Shown piece by piece: positions 1 to 10,347 of a stretch of 64,000 nucleotides of DNA. The translations under genes and the position numbers were made by a program. Under the pieces are notes generated by a model. The model saw only the letters and a list, made by a program, of their open reading frames with translations, did no database searches and was not told the origin of the DNA. How positions within the stretch are numbered: position 1 is the first letter of the stretch; each line of letters starts with the position of its first letter. This DNA comes from Candidatus Hodarchaeota archaeon (GTDB lineage Archaea; Asgardarchaeota; Heimdallarchaeia; Hodarchaeales; Hodarchaeaceae). Location of the stretch: positions 13,339 to 77,338 of the forward strand of contig JAEOTM010000133.1 of NCBI GenBank assembly GCA_016839815.1, in the 5' to 3' direction.

Positions 1-632
1 CTGATCAAGCTGTTGTAGCAAGTAATATGGAAACCGCTGGTTATACAAAAGATACCGACAAATTCGATATTGAACTCTGGTATACTCCGACTCACTATGG
101 AGATACAGAAGATGATGTCGCTCTTCTTCTTGAAGCCCAATTTGAAGCAACTGGTTTCTTTGATGTAACAGTTAGTCAAACAGAATGGTCTCAATATCTT
201 GATCAACGTCAAACAATGGGATTCTATCTTCTAGGCTGGTGGTTTGATTATCCAGATCCAAGTAATTATGTAGATCCCTTCGTTGGCTCAGGAGCCGTCA
301 GCTTTGGTACAAATTATTCTACCACAGCAATGGATGGCTATATTGACACTATGCTAACTGATCCAGACGCAGAGGACAGAAAAGCAGCTACAGAGAATGC
401 TCAAGAATTAATGGCTACCGACGTACCTTTAATTCCCCTATTCACCATGCTTTCTCAATTCTCCGCATGGCAACCAGGTGTTGAAGGTGTAGTCTTGGAA
501 CCCTCCGAAAACCTCCATTATAACTCAATTTATGTTGGAAGTAAAGGAGCTCCAGGGTTTGATTTCCTTCCCGCAGTAATAGCCATCTTCTCAGCAGGCT
601 TTGTTGTATCAATTCTGAAAAGAAGAAAATAG
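1..632 (+). CDS. dppA: Peptide ABC transporter substrate-binding protein (family 5), 3' part only, with C-terminal PGF-CTERM sorting signal
   Basis: The frame is open from the window edge. It contains GWWFDYPDPSNYVDP and AQELMATDVPLIPL motifs typical of SBP_bac_5 C-termini, ends in PGF + TM helix + KRRK, and precedes dppBCDF. Confidence 0.85.
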   Translation, partial: DQAVVASNMETAGYTKDTDKFDIELWYTPTHYGDTEDDVALLLEAQFEATGFFDVTVSQTEWSQYLDQRQTMGFYLLGWWFDYPDPSNYVDPFVGSGAVSFGTNYSTTAMDGYIDTMLTDPDAEDRKAATENAQELMATDVPLIPLFTMLSQFSAWQPGVEGVVLEPSENLHYNSIYVGSKGAPGFDFLPAVIAIFSAGFVVSILKRRK

Positions 633-655
633 ATTAGTTTAACTAACTATTAACT

Positions 656-677
656 TCATTTTCTCTCTTTTTTTTTA
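656..677 (+). terminator. T-rich archaeal terminator candidate after the substrate-binding protein gene
   Basis: ttcattttctctctttttttttat about 25 nt after the stop codon. Confidence 0.5.
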
Positions 678-949
678 TCTCACAAGTATTTAAATATCCC
701 TGTAGTTAAACTACTTGTTTAGACTAGGTTTTTCTCTGTTAAACTAGTTAATACATACTGAAAATGTTCAACTGGAAGTTTACTGAAGTATTGTTAAGAG
801 AACTTTGCAGACATCCGAGTTTTTTATATATGAATTCTTGAAAGATGGTAATGGTTCAATTTCTCGAAATTATTCACTGTTTCCTATATTAATTTCAGGG
901 AAGATTTTTCAAATTTGAATAAAAGCCATTCAAGAGAAGGAAATACAAT

Positions 950-2011
950 ATGGGCTCACTAACAAGATTTGTAGCAACACGAATAGTCCTTTTAGTTCCA
1001 ATGATTTGGTTATTAGTAACGATTGTATTCTTTCTGTTACGGGTTCTCCCGGGAGCTAATCCCGCTCTAGTCATGAACCCCAAATTAACTGCAGACCAAG
1101 TTCAAGCAATTTCTGCAAGTCTTGGATTGGAACGACCACTATTTGATCAGTATCTTGATTTTTTGTGGGATTCAATAACATTTGACCTTGGGGTATCGTA
1201 TAGGACAAACATTCCCATCACTGATGAATTACTTCTTGCTTTTGGACCAACACTCATGTTAGCGACTTTTGGTATTTTGATCGGAGTTCCTCTAGGAATT
1301 TATATGGGTGGAGTAGCTGGAGCAAATCGTGAAGGATATAAGGATCACGCAATCAGACTTTTTACAATAGGGATTTATTCTATACCAATCTTTTTAGTTG
1401 GTATATTCCTACAAATGTTTTTTTCATTTTTCATTCCAGATCTTTTTAGAGGGAATGATACAATCTACTATAGCTTAAAAGAAATATTCCCTCCAGTTTC
1501 TTTAATGGATGCAGGAAATACGGGAGAGTTCGACCATGTTACTCAAATATGGTTAATTGACACAATACTAGCTTTAAGATTTGATTTAACTCTAGACTTG
1601 TTAACACACTTAATGATGCCTAGTCTTGCTCTTGGAATGTTAATCGCAGGGGTAATAGCCCGTCAAGTCCGAACAAATATGATTTTTCATTTAGAACAGG
1701 ATTATGTCCACTTTGCACGATCGCGTGGAATCCCAGAAAATACTGTAAAATACAGATATGCCTTAAAAAATTCTGTTGTGCCTGTTATCGGATTGATCAG
1801 CTTACAATTTGCTCTGTTACTGGCAGGAGCTATTTTAACTGAAACAGTTTTTAATATCCCAGGATTAGGAAGATTTTTATTCCAATCTTTACAGGAAAAA
1901 GATTTTCCAGCTGTTCAAGGAATAATGGTGATGTTTGTCATTATTGTTAGCATTGTTAGCGTGATTGGTGATGTTTTGTATGCAGTACTAGATCCTAGAA
2001 TAACATATTGA
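950..2011 (+). CDS. dppB: Peptide ABC transporter permease (DppB/OppB)
   Basis: N-terminal LPGANPA...LGLERPLFDQY motif, EAA-like loop (YVHFARSRGIPE), C-terminal LYAVLDPRI. Confidence 0.93.
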   Translation: MGSLTRFVATRIVLLVPMIWLLVTIVFFLLRVLPGANPALVMNPKLTADQVQAISASLGLERPLFDQYLDFLWDSITFDLGVSYRTNIPITDELLLAFGPTLMLATFGILIGVPLGIYMGGVAGANREGYKDHAIRLFTIGIYSIPIFLVGIFLQMFFSFFIPDLFRGNDTIYYSLKEIFPPVSLMDAGNTGEFDHVTQIWLIDTILALRFDLTLDLLTHLMMPSLALGMLIAGVIARQVRTNMIFHLEQDYVHFARSRGIPENTVKYRYALKNSVVPVIGLISLQFALLLAGAILTETVFNIPGLGRFLFQSLQEKDFPAVQGIMVMFVIIVSIVSVIGDVLYAVLDPRITY

Positions 2012-2943
2012 TTTTTAGGATGAGGAATATTATGGATCTGAGGACACCGGAAAAAATTAGCTCATTTGACTTAAAACGAAGGATTTTACATCTTTTCTCA
2101 GTTTTTAGAGAGAATAAATCCTTATCAGTTGGCATATTCATTCTAACAGTAATTATCTTTATGGCCCTATTTGCTGATTGGATAGCCCCATACGGGTACG
2201 CTGAAAGGGCAGGTGGTCGATACGACCCCCCAGGTGGAGATCATCTATTTGGTACCTCTTTACTCGGATATGATGTTTTTTCACGTGTAATATATGGTTC
2301 TCAAGTAGCACTTATTATCGCTTTTTCAGGCACAATCTTAGCCTTGAGTGTTGGTGTTCCCCTTGGGATTATTTCAGGTTACTTTGGAGGAAAAATTGAC
2401 CGATTATTAACTCTCATTGCTGATTCGATTTATTCATTTCCCTCACTCCTACTTGCCATAACTTTATCAATATACTTATCTGTGTTTGGTATTTTGAAAG
2501 TTGTTGCTGCTGTCGCCGTTGCTGTATCAGTAGTTTATATTCCTACGTATTTCCGTGTTGTTCGCGGACAAGTTTTGCAAATTAAAGAAGAAGGATACGT
2601 AAGAGCAGCAAGATCTATGGGGGCTGGCAGGTTTACCATCTTAATCCGTTATGTAGCGCCAAATGTCTTAGCTTCTACTATCGCAATCATCCCTTTCAAT
2701 ATGACTGATGCGATTCTCACCAATGCTGCACTAGCATTCTTAGGATTGGGAATCACTCCACCTACAGCTGATTGGGGGTATGATGTCTACGATGCTAAGA
2801 CTCTTGTTAAAATACGAGCTTATCCATGGTTAATCCTATTTCCGGGACTTATGATTTTTCTTCTGTCTTTTTCACTTTCACTTATTGGAGATGCCCTAAA
2901 TGACAAATTCAATCCCATTATCAGTCAAAAAAATGGAAAATAG
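2008..2943 (+). CDS. dppC: Peptide ABC transporter permease (DppC/OppC)
   Basis: HLFGTSLLGYDVFSRVIYG, YVRAARSMGA (EAA loop), LAFLGLG..PP..DWG and GDALND motifs. The TTG start overlaps the dppB stop; ATG at 2020 or 2032 is an alternative. Confidence 0.93.
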   Translation: MIFRMRNIMDLRTPEKISSFDLKRRILHLFSVFRENKSLSVGIFILTVIIFMALFADWIAPYGYAERAGGRYDPPGGDHLFGTSLLGYDVFSRVIYGSQVALIIAFSGTILALSVGVPLGIISGYFGGKIDRLLTLIADSIYSFPSLLLAITLSIYLSVFGILKVVAAVAVAVSVVYIPTYFRVVRGQVLQIKEEGYVRAARSMGAGRFTILIRYVAPNVLASTIAIIPFNMTDAILTNAALAFLGLGITPPTADWGYDVYDAKTLVKIRAYPWLILFPGLMIFLLSFSLSLIGDALNDKFNPIISQKNGK

Positions 2944-3949
2944 AAACAACCAACCCTTATTGGAAATTAATAACTTAATTGTTGAATATCCAATAAAGGA
3001 AGGGAATGTTAGAGCAGTAGATGAAGTCTCACTTTCACTTAATCGAGGTGAAGTCATGGGACTGGTAGGAGAATCAGGGTGCGGTAAAAGTACATTAGGG
3101 TTTACGATCTTAAAGTTGCTTAAAGGAGGAACAGTAAGAGCTGGAGAAATTAATTTTACGGGTACAAATTTAGTTTCTATGACTGAAGAAGAGATACAAA
3201 AATTGAGAGGCCCAGAAATATCGATGATTTTCCAAGCTTCACAAAATGCACTCAATCCGTTGCAAAAAGTCTCAAATCATTTTATTGACACGCTAAAAAC
3301 TCATAATCGCTGGGATGACAACGCATGGCAGTCAGTGTTAGCCTTACTCAACCGTTTGGAAATTCCGGAATCACGGTTGAAGGATTATCCCTTTCAGTTC
3401 TCTGGAGGAATGCAACAACGAATAGTTATCGCGTTAACTCTTATTTTAAATCCCAAACTAATCATTGCAGACGAACCTACCACTGCCCTAGATGTTCTGG
3501 TTCAAGCACGTTTATTAGAAATTCTTAAAGAGATTATAAAAGAATATAACTTAACTGTTATTTATATAACCCATGATTTGGGTGTGGTTGCAGAAATCAC
3601 AAATCGAGTGGCCATTATGTATGCTGGTCAAATTCTAGAGATTGGTGATACGCAAACAATTTTTGGAAATGCTTCTCATCCGTATACCAAGGCTTTAATT
3701 GATGCAATCCCGAATGTGAAGGATGAAGAAAAAAAGAAAATGAGTTTTATTCCTGGACACCCTCCTGATCTAAGAAATCCTCCAATTGCATGCTGTTTTG
3801 TAGATAGATGTCCTTACAATAAAGATATTTGCCATTCTGAAAAACCTCTGTTATTAGATCTGGAATTCAAGAATGGAACTCAACATAGTGTCAAGTGCTT
3901 TATCTATGATGATAGATATCAGCATTTATTCAGTAAAAAAGCGGACTAG
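2933..3949 (+). CDS. dppD: Peptide ABC transporter ATPase (DppD/OppD)
   Basis: Walker A GESGCGKST, FSGGMQQR, IIADEPTTALD, H-loop ITHD, C-terminal Cys cluster. ATG at 2933 is preferred over 2900. Confidence 0.93.
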   Translation: MENRNNQPLLEINNLIVEYPIKEGNVRAVDEVSLSLNRGEVMGLVGESGCGKSTLGFTILKLLKGGTVRAGEINFTGTNLVSMTEEEIQKLRGPEISMIFQASQNALNPLQKVSNHFIDTLKTHNRWDDNAWQSVLALLNRLEIPESRLKDYPFQFSGGMQQRIVIALTLILNPKLIIADEPTTALDVLVQARLLEILKEIIKEYNLTVIYITHDLGVVAEITNRVAIMYAGQILEIGDTQTIFGNASHPYTKALIDAIPNVKDEEKKKMSFIPGHPPDLRNPPIACCFVDRCPYNKDICHSEKPLLLDLEFKNGTQHSVKCFIYDDRYQHLFSKKAD

Positions 3950-3957
3950 GGATAAAT

Positions 3958-5172
3958 ATGCACGCAGAATCAGATTCAAAATTAAAAGAACCTCTCCTTG
4001 AAGTAATTAACCTAAAAAAGTATTTTCCAGTTGAAGGAGGAATTCTTCAGCGAATCCTACCCACACAAAAAGATTATGTACACGCTGTGGATGATATTAA
4101 TTTTACAATCAATAAGGGGGAGATTTTTTGTCTTGTAGGGGAAAGTGGATGTGGAAAAACAACTGCTGCAAATGTATTAGTTGGTTTGGAGGATGCAACC
4201 TCTGGTTCTTTTAGGTGGAAAGGAGAATCAATTTCATATGATGAACTCAAACCAAAAATCAAAGATATCAAATCCCAAATTGTTTTTCAAAATCCTTACT
4301 CTGCATTAAGCCCAAGAATGAGACTGGGAGATTCTGTTCTTCATTCATTAGTAATTCACAAGCGTGTACAGGATAAAAATACACTTAGACGAATAAGAAA
4401 TTCAAATCTTGCAGAAATATTCCTTTTTACCAGTTCCATGATATCAATGTTCCTTTTCATACTTTCATTTATGTTAGGATCGTTAAACGGCATTATAAGT
4501 GTAGTTTCAGGTGTTGTATTATTTTCAATTGCCTTGGCTGCTTATCTTAACTTTTCATGGTTTCAAAAACGAAAAATTGTTAATCCACGTGTTCTCGATC
4601 TATTTCAAGAAGTAGGCCTCACTCCAGCTCTTCAATACTATCATAAATTCCCCCATGAAGTAAGTGGGGGTGAAAGGCAAAGGGCGAATATCGCCCGAGC
4701 TATTATCTTAAATCCTGAATTACTTATTGCTGACGAACCTACAAGTATGCTTGATGTAAGTTTACGTGCAGGCATTCTTGATTCTTTGAAATCCTTACAA
4801 GAAACACATAATATCTCAATCTTATTCATTACTCATGATTTAGCGACAGCTCGTCATTTTGGAGATAGAATAAGTGTAATGTATGTAGGGAAAGTTGTAG
4901 AAATGGGTGAAGTCGATGCTATTTTTAAAAATCCGTTGCATCCTTATACTAAAGCTCTTATTGATGCTATACCTACCCCAGTTCCGGGAGATAAAGCGTA
5001 TAACCTTCCTAAAGGAGAGGTTCCTGACTCAATTAATCCACCTCAAGGATGTCGATATCATCCACGGTGTCCATATGCACAGTTTCCAAAATGTGACACT
5101 GAAGAGCCAAAACTAAGAGAGCTAGCACCTAATCATTTTGTTGCTTGTCATTTTCCATTGACATCCAAGTAA
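3958..5172 (+). CDS. dppF: Peptide ABC transporter ATPase (DppF/OppF) with an inserted two-helix hydrophobic hairpin
   Basis: GESGCGKTT, VSGGERQR, ADEPTSMLD and CRYHPRC...VACH, plus a ~50 aa hydrophobic insert between the Q-loop and the signature motif. Confidence 0.9.
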   Translation: MHAESDSKLKEPLLEVINLKKYFPVEGGILQRILPTQKDYVHAVDDINFTINKGEIFCLVGESGCGKTTAANVLVGLEDATSGSFRWKGESISYDELKPKIKDIKSQIVFQNPYSALSPRMRLGDSVLHSLVIHKRVQDKNTLRRIRNSNLAEIFLFTSSMISMFLFILSFMLGSLNGIISVVSGVVLFSIALAAYLNFSWFQKRKIVNPRVLDLFQEVGLTPALQYYHKFPHEVSGGERQRANIARAIILNPELLIADEPTSMLDVSLRAGILDSLKSLQETHNISILFITHDLATARHFGDRISVMYVGKVVEMGEVDAIFKNPLHPYTKALIDAIPTPVPGDKAYNLPKGEVPDSINPPQGCRYHPRCPYAQFPKCDTEEPKLRELAPNHFVACHFPLTSK

Positions 5173-5177
5173 GTAAC

Positions 5178-6890
5178 CTATTGATTTTCTGCTCTTAACT
5201 CCTTTTTGTCTACCTTTCCCACAAGTGTTAAGGGTAATTCCTCACGAATTTCAATAAATTTAGGCACTTCATAAGGAGCTACTTTCTCTTTTGCCCAATT
5301 TGCAATCTCTGATTTTAGCTGAGACTTATCAACACTGGAATACTTAGGAGTAACAGTAAGGTAGGCTTTCACATATTCTGAACCAGGTCGCTCTGGATTA
5401 GGAACCCCAATAGTAGCTACCATTTCAATAGCTGGATGTTCGGTAAGTGTATTTTCTAATTTATTCGAGAAGACCTTGAAACCTCCAACGATAATCATAT
5501 CTTTGGTTCTATCAACAATACGCAAATATCCATCTTCATCAAATATCGCCACATCACCTGTGTGAAGGTACCCATCCTTATCGATTGTATTGGCAGTTTC
5601 TTCGGGTTTTTTCCAATAACCTTTCATTACTTGAGGCCCTTTGACACATATCTCTCCTGCTTGACCGATTTCCACCTTTTCACCGGTTATTGGATCTACA
5701 AGTTTGATATCCGTGTTCATCAGAGGCAAGCCTATTGAACCTAACTTTTTCTTACCCCTATAAGGATTCATTGTTGACAGAGGACTACATTCAGTCATTC
5801 CATAAACTTCTAAGAGCTTATTTTCCCCAACAAGACTTTCTAATTCTTTTTGAGATTCAACGGGAAACGGTGAAGCCGAGCTAATGCATGTATCCAAGGA
5901 GGAATGATCTAACCGCTGGAATTTTGGATTTTTAAAAAGCATCTGAAAAAGAGAGGGGACGTTAACCAGCGCCGTAACTTCATATTTTTCATAAAGTGAG
6001 CACATATGATCAGTATCTCTGGGATTAACAACCAGAAGTTGCGGCCAACCCAAATACAAACAATTTTCACAGAAGAATATCCCAGCTACATGAAAGAAGG
6101 GGAACCCTGATAATGCAACACCAGCTCCTCTTTCCCACGAAAGCCATGTTTGTACCATAACCAAATCTGCGACAATACTTCTATGAGTTAGCATTGCTCC
6201 TTTGGGAGGTCCTGTAGCCCCACCTGTATAAAGAATATAAGCTAAATCATCAGGTGTTAGATCATTGCCAGGTAATAACGAGTCATATCGTTTATCCTTT
6301 ATAATCTTCATGAAATCCTTTACATCTTTTCCTTCTATCGGTTTGATTTTCCCTGTAGGAATTTTTTTGATGAGTTTCCCTAATATTTGCTTGAACTTTG
6401 GTAAAAAATCTCCAACATTTGTCGTAATGATCATTTTTAGTAAAGGAACACGATCAATAATAGCGATCAGTCGTTTTTCAAAGACAGCATCTAATGTGAC
6501 AAGAACTTTGGTTTCAGAATCAGTGAGTTGATACACTAGCTGGTCTTCAGAAAGAAGGGGACTGACTCCAGTAACCACTAAACCAATTTTCATCGCACCC
6601 AGAAGTGCAATAATATATTGCGGTGTATTCACTAAATTTAATCCAATAGTATCTCCTTTTCTAAATCCCGATTCAAGAAGCATATGAGCAAATTTATTTG
6701 AATAATAATCCAATTCTCCAAAAGTGAGTTCTACACCTAAAAATTCAAGAGCTAGATTATCTGGTATTGTGTCAAAAGTTTGTCTAAGCGCGTGGGTAAA
6801 CGTAGTATCCCACAAACTAGGATCAAGGTCATGTACATGTTCATCATATGATTTGGTCCAGAAGCGTTCTTGATTGATCATTATAAGCAC
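5178..6890 (-). CDS. fadD: Long-chain-fatty-acid--CoA ligase (AMP-binding, FadD-like)
   Basis: YTGGATGPPKG P-loop, YGMTE, LHTGD, DRTKDMII and VGKVDK motifs. Confidence 0.88.
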   Translation of the reverse strand: MLIMINQERFWTKSYDEHVHDLDPSLWDTTFTHALRQTFDTIPDNLALEFLGVELTFGELDYYSNKFAHMLLESGFRKGDTIGLNLVNTPQYIIALLGAMKIGLVVTGVSPLLSEDQLVYQLTDSETKVLVTLDAVFEKRLIAIIDRVPLLKMIITTNVGDFLPKFKQILGKLIKKIPTGKIKPIEGKDVKDFMKIIKDKRYDSLLPGNDLTPDDLAYILYTGGATGPPKGAMLTHRSIVADLVMVQTWLSWERGAGVALSGFPFFHVAGIFFCENCLYLGWPQLLVVNPRDTDHMCSLYEKYEVTALVNVPSLFQMLFKNPKFQRLDHSSLDTCISSASPFPVESQKELESLVGENKLLEVYGMTECSPLSTMNPYRGKKKLGSIGLPLMNTDIKLVDPITGEKVEIGQAGEICVKGPQVMKGYWKKPEETANTIDKDGYLHTGDVAIFDEDGYLRIVDRTKDMIIVGGFKVFSNKLENTLTEHPAIEMVATIGVPNPERPGSEYVKAYLTVTPKYSSVDKSQLKSEIANWAKEKVAPYEVPKFIEIREELPLTLVGKVDKKELRAENQ

Positions 6891-7078
6891 CTTTACTTGA
6901 ATATTTACAGGTAAACTACGAATCCTTCGAAAATGATATCTGGTTTATATTAACTTAGCATTACTGTTCATCTAGGTTCTTGCTAGTCATAAGTACTTTA
7001 TAACCGCAAATATAAATAAGAATTGGATATTTGATACCAAAAAGTGTACTTTATCCTAGAACACGCGGTTTGAAGATC

Positions 7079-8635
7079 ATGACAATTATGAATGATGAGG
7101 ACCTCCTTTATACTCAAGAAGAACTCGCTTTTAGAGAGAAGGCGAGGGAATTCGTCAAAAAAACGATTACTCCAGTAGCAAAGGATGTTGAAACCCGAGC
7201 ACCATGGCCAGAAGATGAATGGAGAAAGCTGATGGGTAAAATGGGAGAAGAGGGGTATACTGGATTAATGATACCTAAGAAATATGGTGGTGGAGGAAAA
7301 TCTTTACTTTATCAATTAATAGCAGGTGAGGAAATATCTGCTGTAAGTCCTGCTCTTACAATGGGATTTGGAGCAAGTTGTACATTATCAGCAATACCAA
7401 TTCTCCGTTTCGGTACAGAAGAACAGAAGGAAAAATACCTGAAACCAATAGCTGAGGGAACAGCTCTTGGAGCATTAGGAATAACTGAACCCAATGTAGG
7501 TAGCGATACTGCAGGTATGCAGACTACTGCTACCTGGGATGAAAATAAACAAGTATGGATACTTACGGGAGAAAAACGCTTCATCACCAATGCCTCCATT
7601 GCAGACCAAATTATCATTTTTGCGTTAACAGATTCCAATGTGGATAGTAAATCTGGGATGACTGCCTTTATTATTGAACCGAGTTGGCCTGGGTTCTCAG
7701 TAATTCAAGATTTCGATCTAATGGGAAGAAGAGGAGTTCATAATACGCTTTTCAAGATGGAAGCGATGGAAGTTCCTCCTGAAAATGTTTTAGGCAAAAA
7801 AAACCAAGGATTTCTCATTTTAATGGATGAACTAGATACTGAAAGAGTGGGAATTGCAGCTGAAGCATTGGGGTGTATGCGACAACCATTTGAGGTAGCT
7901 GTAGAACACTCAATGAAGAGAGTACAATTTGGAAGGCCTATCTCACGGTTTGAAGGGATTTCATTTAAAATCGCTGATATGGCAACTCAAATGCGTGCGG
8001 CCAGATTAATGACTGTATCAGCCGCGCGTATGATTGAAAAAGGATTAATAGCTACTAAAGAGGCGACCATGGCTAAATTATTTGCAACTGAAACATCTGT
8101 AAAACTTACTGATTTAGCAATTCAAATACTTGGAGGAGAGGGGTATGTTAAAGATTTTTCCGGTATTGAAAAGTTTTATCGGGATGCCAGGTTGGGAACT
8201 ATAGGTGGAGGAACATCGGAAATTATGCGATTCTTAATTCAAAGAGAAGTATACATAGAGGCTAAGAGGGGAAAAATCCAAAGACGCGAAGATGTTACGG
8301 TCGATTTTGATACCATGATGTCAATGATTCCTAAAGGATTTCGGTCTGATCGTGCAGAGGGAGTTTCTGCATTAATCCAATTTGAATTCTCTGACAACAA
8401 AAATTGGTTGTTATCAATTAATGAGCAAGCTTGCTCTGTAGAACAGGGAAACTCCGATTCGGCCTTAATGACAGTAAAAACGACTTCAGAGGTGTGGAAA
8501 AATATCATGCTGGGAAAAACAGATGCTATGAATGCAATGATGGCTGGCAAAATTGAAATCACAACAGATGATATGGATCTACTGATGAAATTTGCTCGTA
8601 TGTTTAAATTCTCTTCAGATCTATTCGTGATCTAA
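7079..8635 (+). CDS. Acyl-CoA dehydrogenase fused to a C-terminal SCP2 sterol-carrier-like domain
   Basis: ITEPNVGSD, GEKRFITNA, RVQFGRPI, ILGGEGY and GGGTSEI motifs. The last ~115 aa (FRSDRAEG..IQFEF..W.L.I...C.VEQG...DAMNAMMAGKI) match the SCP2 pattern. ATG at 7079 is preferred over TTG at 7031. Confidence 0.88.
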   Translation: MTIMNDEDLLYTQEELAFREKAREFVKKTITPVAKDVETRAPWPEDEWRKLMGKMGEEGYTGLMIPKKYGGGGKSLLYQLIAGEEISAVSPALTMGFGASCTLSAIPILRFGTEEQKEKYLKPIAEGTALGALGITEPNVGSDTAGMQTTATWDENKQVWILTGEKRFITNASIADQIIIFALTDSNVDSKSGMTAFIIEPSWPGFSVIQDFDLMGRRGVHNTLFKMEAMEVPPENVLGKKNQGFLILMDELDTERVGIAAEALGCMRQPFEVAVEHSMKRVQFGRPISRFEGISFKIADMATQMRAARLMTVSAARMIEKGLIATKEATMAKLFATETSVKLTDLAIQILGGEGYVKDFSGIEKFYRDARLGTIGGGTSEIMRFLIQREVYIEAKRGKIQRREDVTVDFDTMMSMIPKGFRSDRAEGVSALIQFEFSDNKNWLLSINEQACSVEQGNSDSALMTVKTTSEVWKNIMLGKTDAMNAMMAGKIEITTDDMDLLMKFARMFKFSSDLFVI

Positions 8636-8649
8636 CTATTTCAAAACTA

Positions 8650-10317
8650 ATGAGGTTGAGTTTAATGAAATTTTTTGGTCATTTAATTAAAGGAGAAATA
8701 TCTTCAGAATCTAAGAAAGTAGGAACTTTTCCTAATGTTGAAAAAACTATCCAAGATCCTCGAATTCTTTACGCTTCAGCATTAAATCAACAAAGTCCCC
8801 TAAATAAAACTCTAGCAAAGCGTTTTCCTTCATTATTACCTAATAGATCCCCTGAAATTCGGTTACTCAAGGATTACATCAAAGTCCATGGATGGCCTGA
8901 AGCATCACCCTCTGAAATATCCGAGATAAATTTTGCACAATTTGCTATTGGAGGGGTAAAGGAGACAGCTGAGGCTGTGGATGAGGCTATAAAAATTAAG
9001 AAACTTATGCATAGGGAATTAAGGGAAGGAAAAGGGTTATCTCTTGAGGATCGCGGAGAAAGTGTCACCGTGATGAATAAATTCATGTGGGATCATTATG
9101 ATGTTTTTAAGGAGATAGCGATCGCAGAAGGTACTCCCGTAAAATTGTTTGATTGGCAAGCAAGAAATGTGTTTAAGGCTTTAAATGATAATTTGGTGAA
9201 ATTTGCATCTGAAAGAATCTCTCCTAAAGAAATCCCCTGTAGTCTAGAAGGGGAAAAAACATACGTACATCGTTATCCATTTGGGGCAGTAGGAATCTTT
9301 CCTCCCTATAATGCCGCTCTGGGTCTCGGTTTCTTAGCAATTTTTTCATCCTATTTTGCTGGGAACGCTACAGTCACCCGTACTCCAACTCGAGTCCCCT
9401 TGACTAATATGGAGCTCGCCTATGTGCTTCGTAATGTTATGGAAGAAATGGATTTTCCCATTAGTGCTTTTCAAGCTATAATTGGCCCTGGAAGGCCAAT
9501 TGCTAATTATATGGTTAATGACTCACCATTGAATGCTATGGTCTATTATGGAGACTCTGATGTCGGTCTTCAACTCATGAGCAAGGCTATCAGACGTGGT
9601 ATGCATTTTGTTCCTGAATTAGCAGGAAGTGGAGCAAGCTTAGTGTGGAAGGATGTTGACATAGATAAAGTTACAGATTACATTGTTCACGCACGCTTTT
9701 TTGGTTCAGGCCAGATCTGTCTAGCTGCAAAACGCTTATTTTTGCACGAGAGTATCTATGATGATTTCATTTCAGTTTTAGTAGAAAAAGCAGAAAAACT
9801 AGTACCTGGTTTACCTTCTGATCCAAAAACGGATTTACCTCTAATCGGGACTCGTGCCCTCTATCAAATCGTAGACATGACAGCCGAAGCTGTTCAGAAA
9901 GGAGCAAAAATCGAAACAGGAGGATTTAGAACTAATTATGCGGGTGAAAAGGATGCCGCGGGGTTATTTTACAAACCAACCATTTTATCAGATGTTAATT
10001 TGAGTTGCAAAATGTGGTATCATGAAACATTCGGCCCTGTACTTCCTGTGATGAAAATTAAAGATTTTGAACAGGCAATCAATCAGGCAAACAATTCCCC
10101 ATATGGATTACGAACATCAGTCTACACAGCTGACTCTAAAATCGCTAATCGGTTTTTTGATGAAATAGAGGCACCAGGAATCTCAATAAACACCGATCAT
10201 CTTCATTTCGACGACTTTTATCCTCACCTAGGAGGACTCAAAACATCAGGAGTATTTGGTGGTAAATACTTTTATGAAATATTATCCTACATGAAGTATA
10301 GGCATTTTCCCTCATAA
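8650..10317 (+). CDS. Aldehyde dehydrogenase family protein (divergent)
   Basis: Catalytic GQICLA Cys, PELAGSG Glu motif, ETFGPVLP, ANNSPYGL. Confidence 0.85.
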   Translation: MRLSLMKFFGHLIKGEISSESKKVGTFPNVEKTIQDPRILYASALNQQSPLNKTLAKRFPSLLPNRSPEIRLLKDYIKVHGWPEASPSEISEINFAQFAIGGVKETAEAVDEAIKIKKLMHRELREGKGLSLEDRGESVTVMNKFMWDHYDVFKEIAIAEGTPVKLFDWQARNVFKALNDNLVKFASERISPKEIPCSLEGEKTYVHRYPFGAVGIFPPYNAALGLGFLAIFSSYFAGNATVTRTPTRVPLTNMELAYVLRNVMEEMDFPISAFQAIIGPGRPIANYMVNDSPLNAMVYYGDSDVGLQLMSKAIRRGMHFVPELAGSGASLVWKDVDIDKVTDYIVHARFFGSGQICLAAKRLFLHESIYDDFISVLVEKAEKLVPGLPSDPKTDLPLIGTRALYQIVDMTAEAVQKGAKIETGGFRTNYAGEKDAAGLFYKPTILSDVNLSCKMWYHETFGPVLPVMKIKDFEQAINQANNSPYGLRTSVYTADSKIANRFFDEIEAPGISINTDHLHFDDFYPHLGGLKTSGVFGGKYFYEILSYMKYRHFPS

Positions 10318-10347
10318 AGTGCACATATTCAAAGTTGTGAAGTAATC

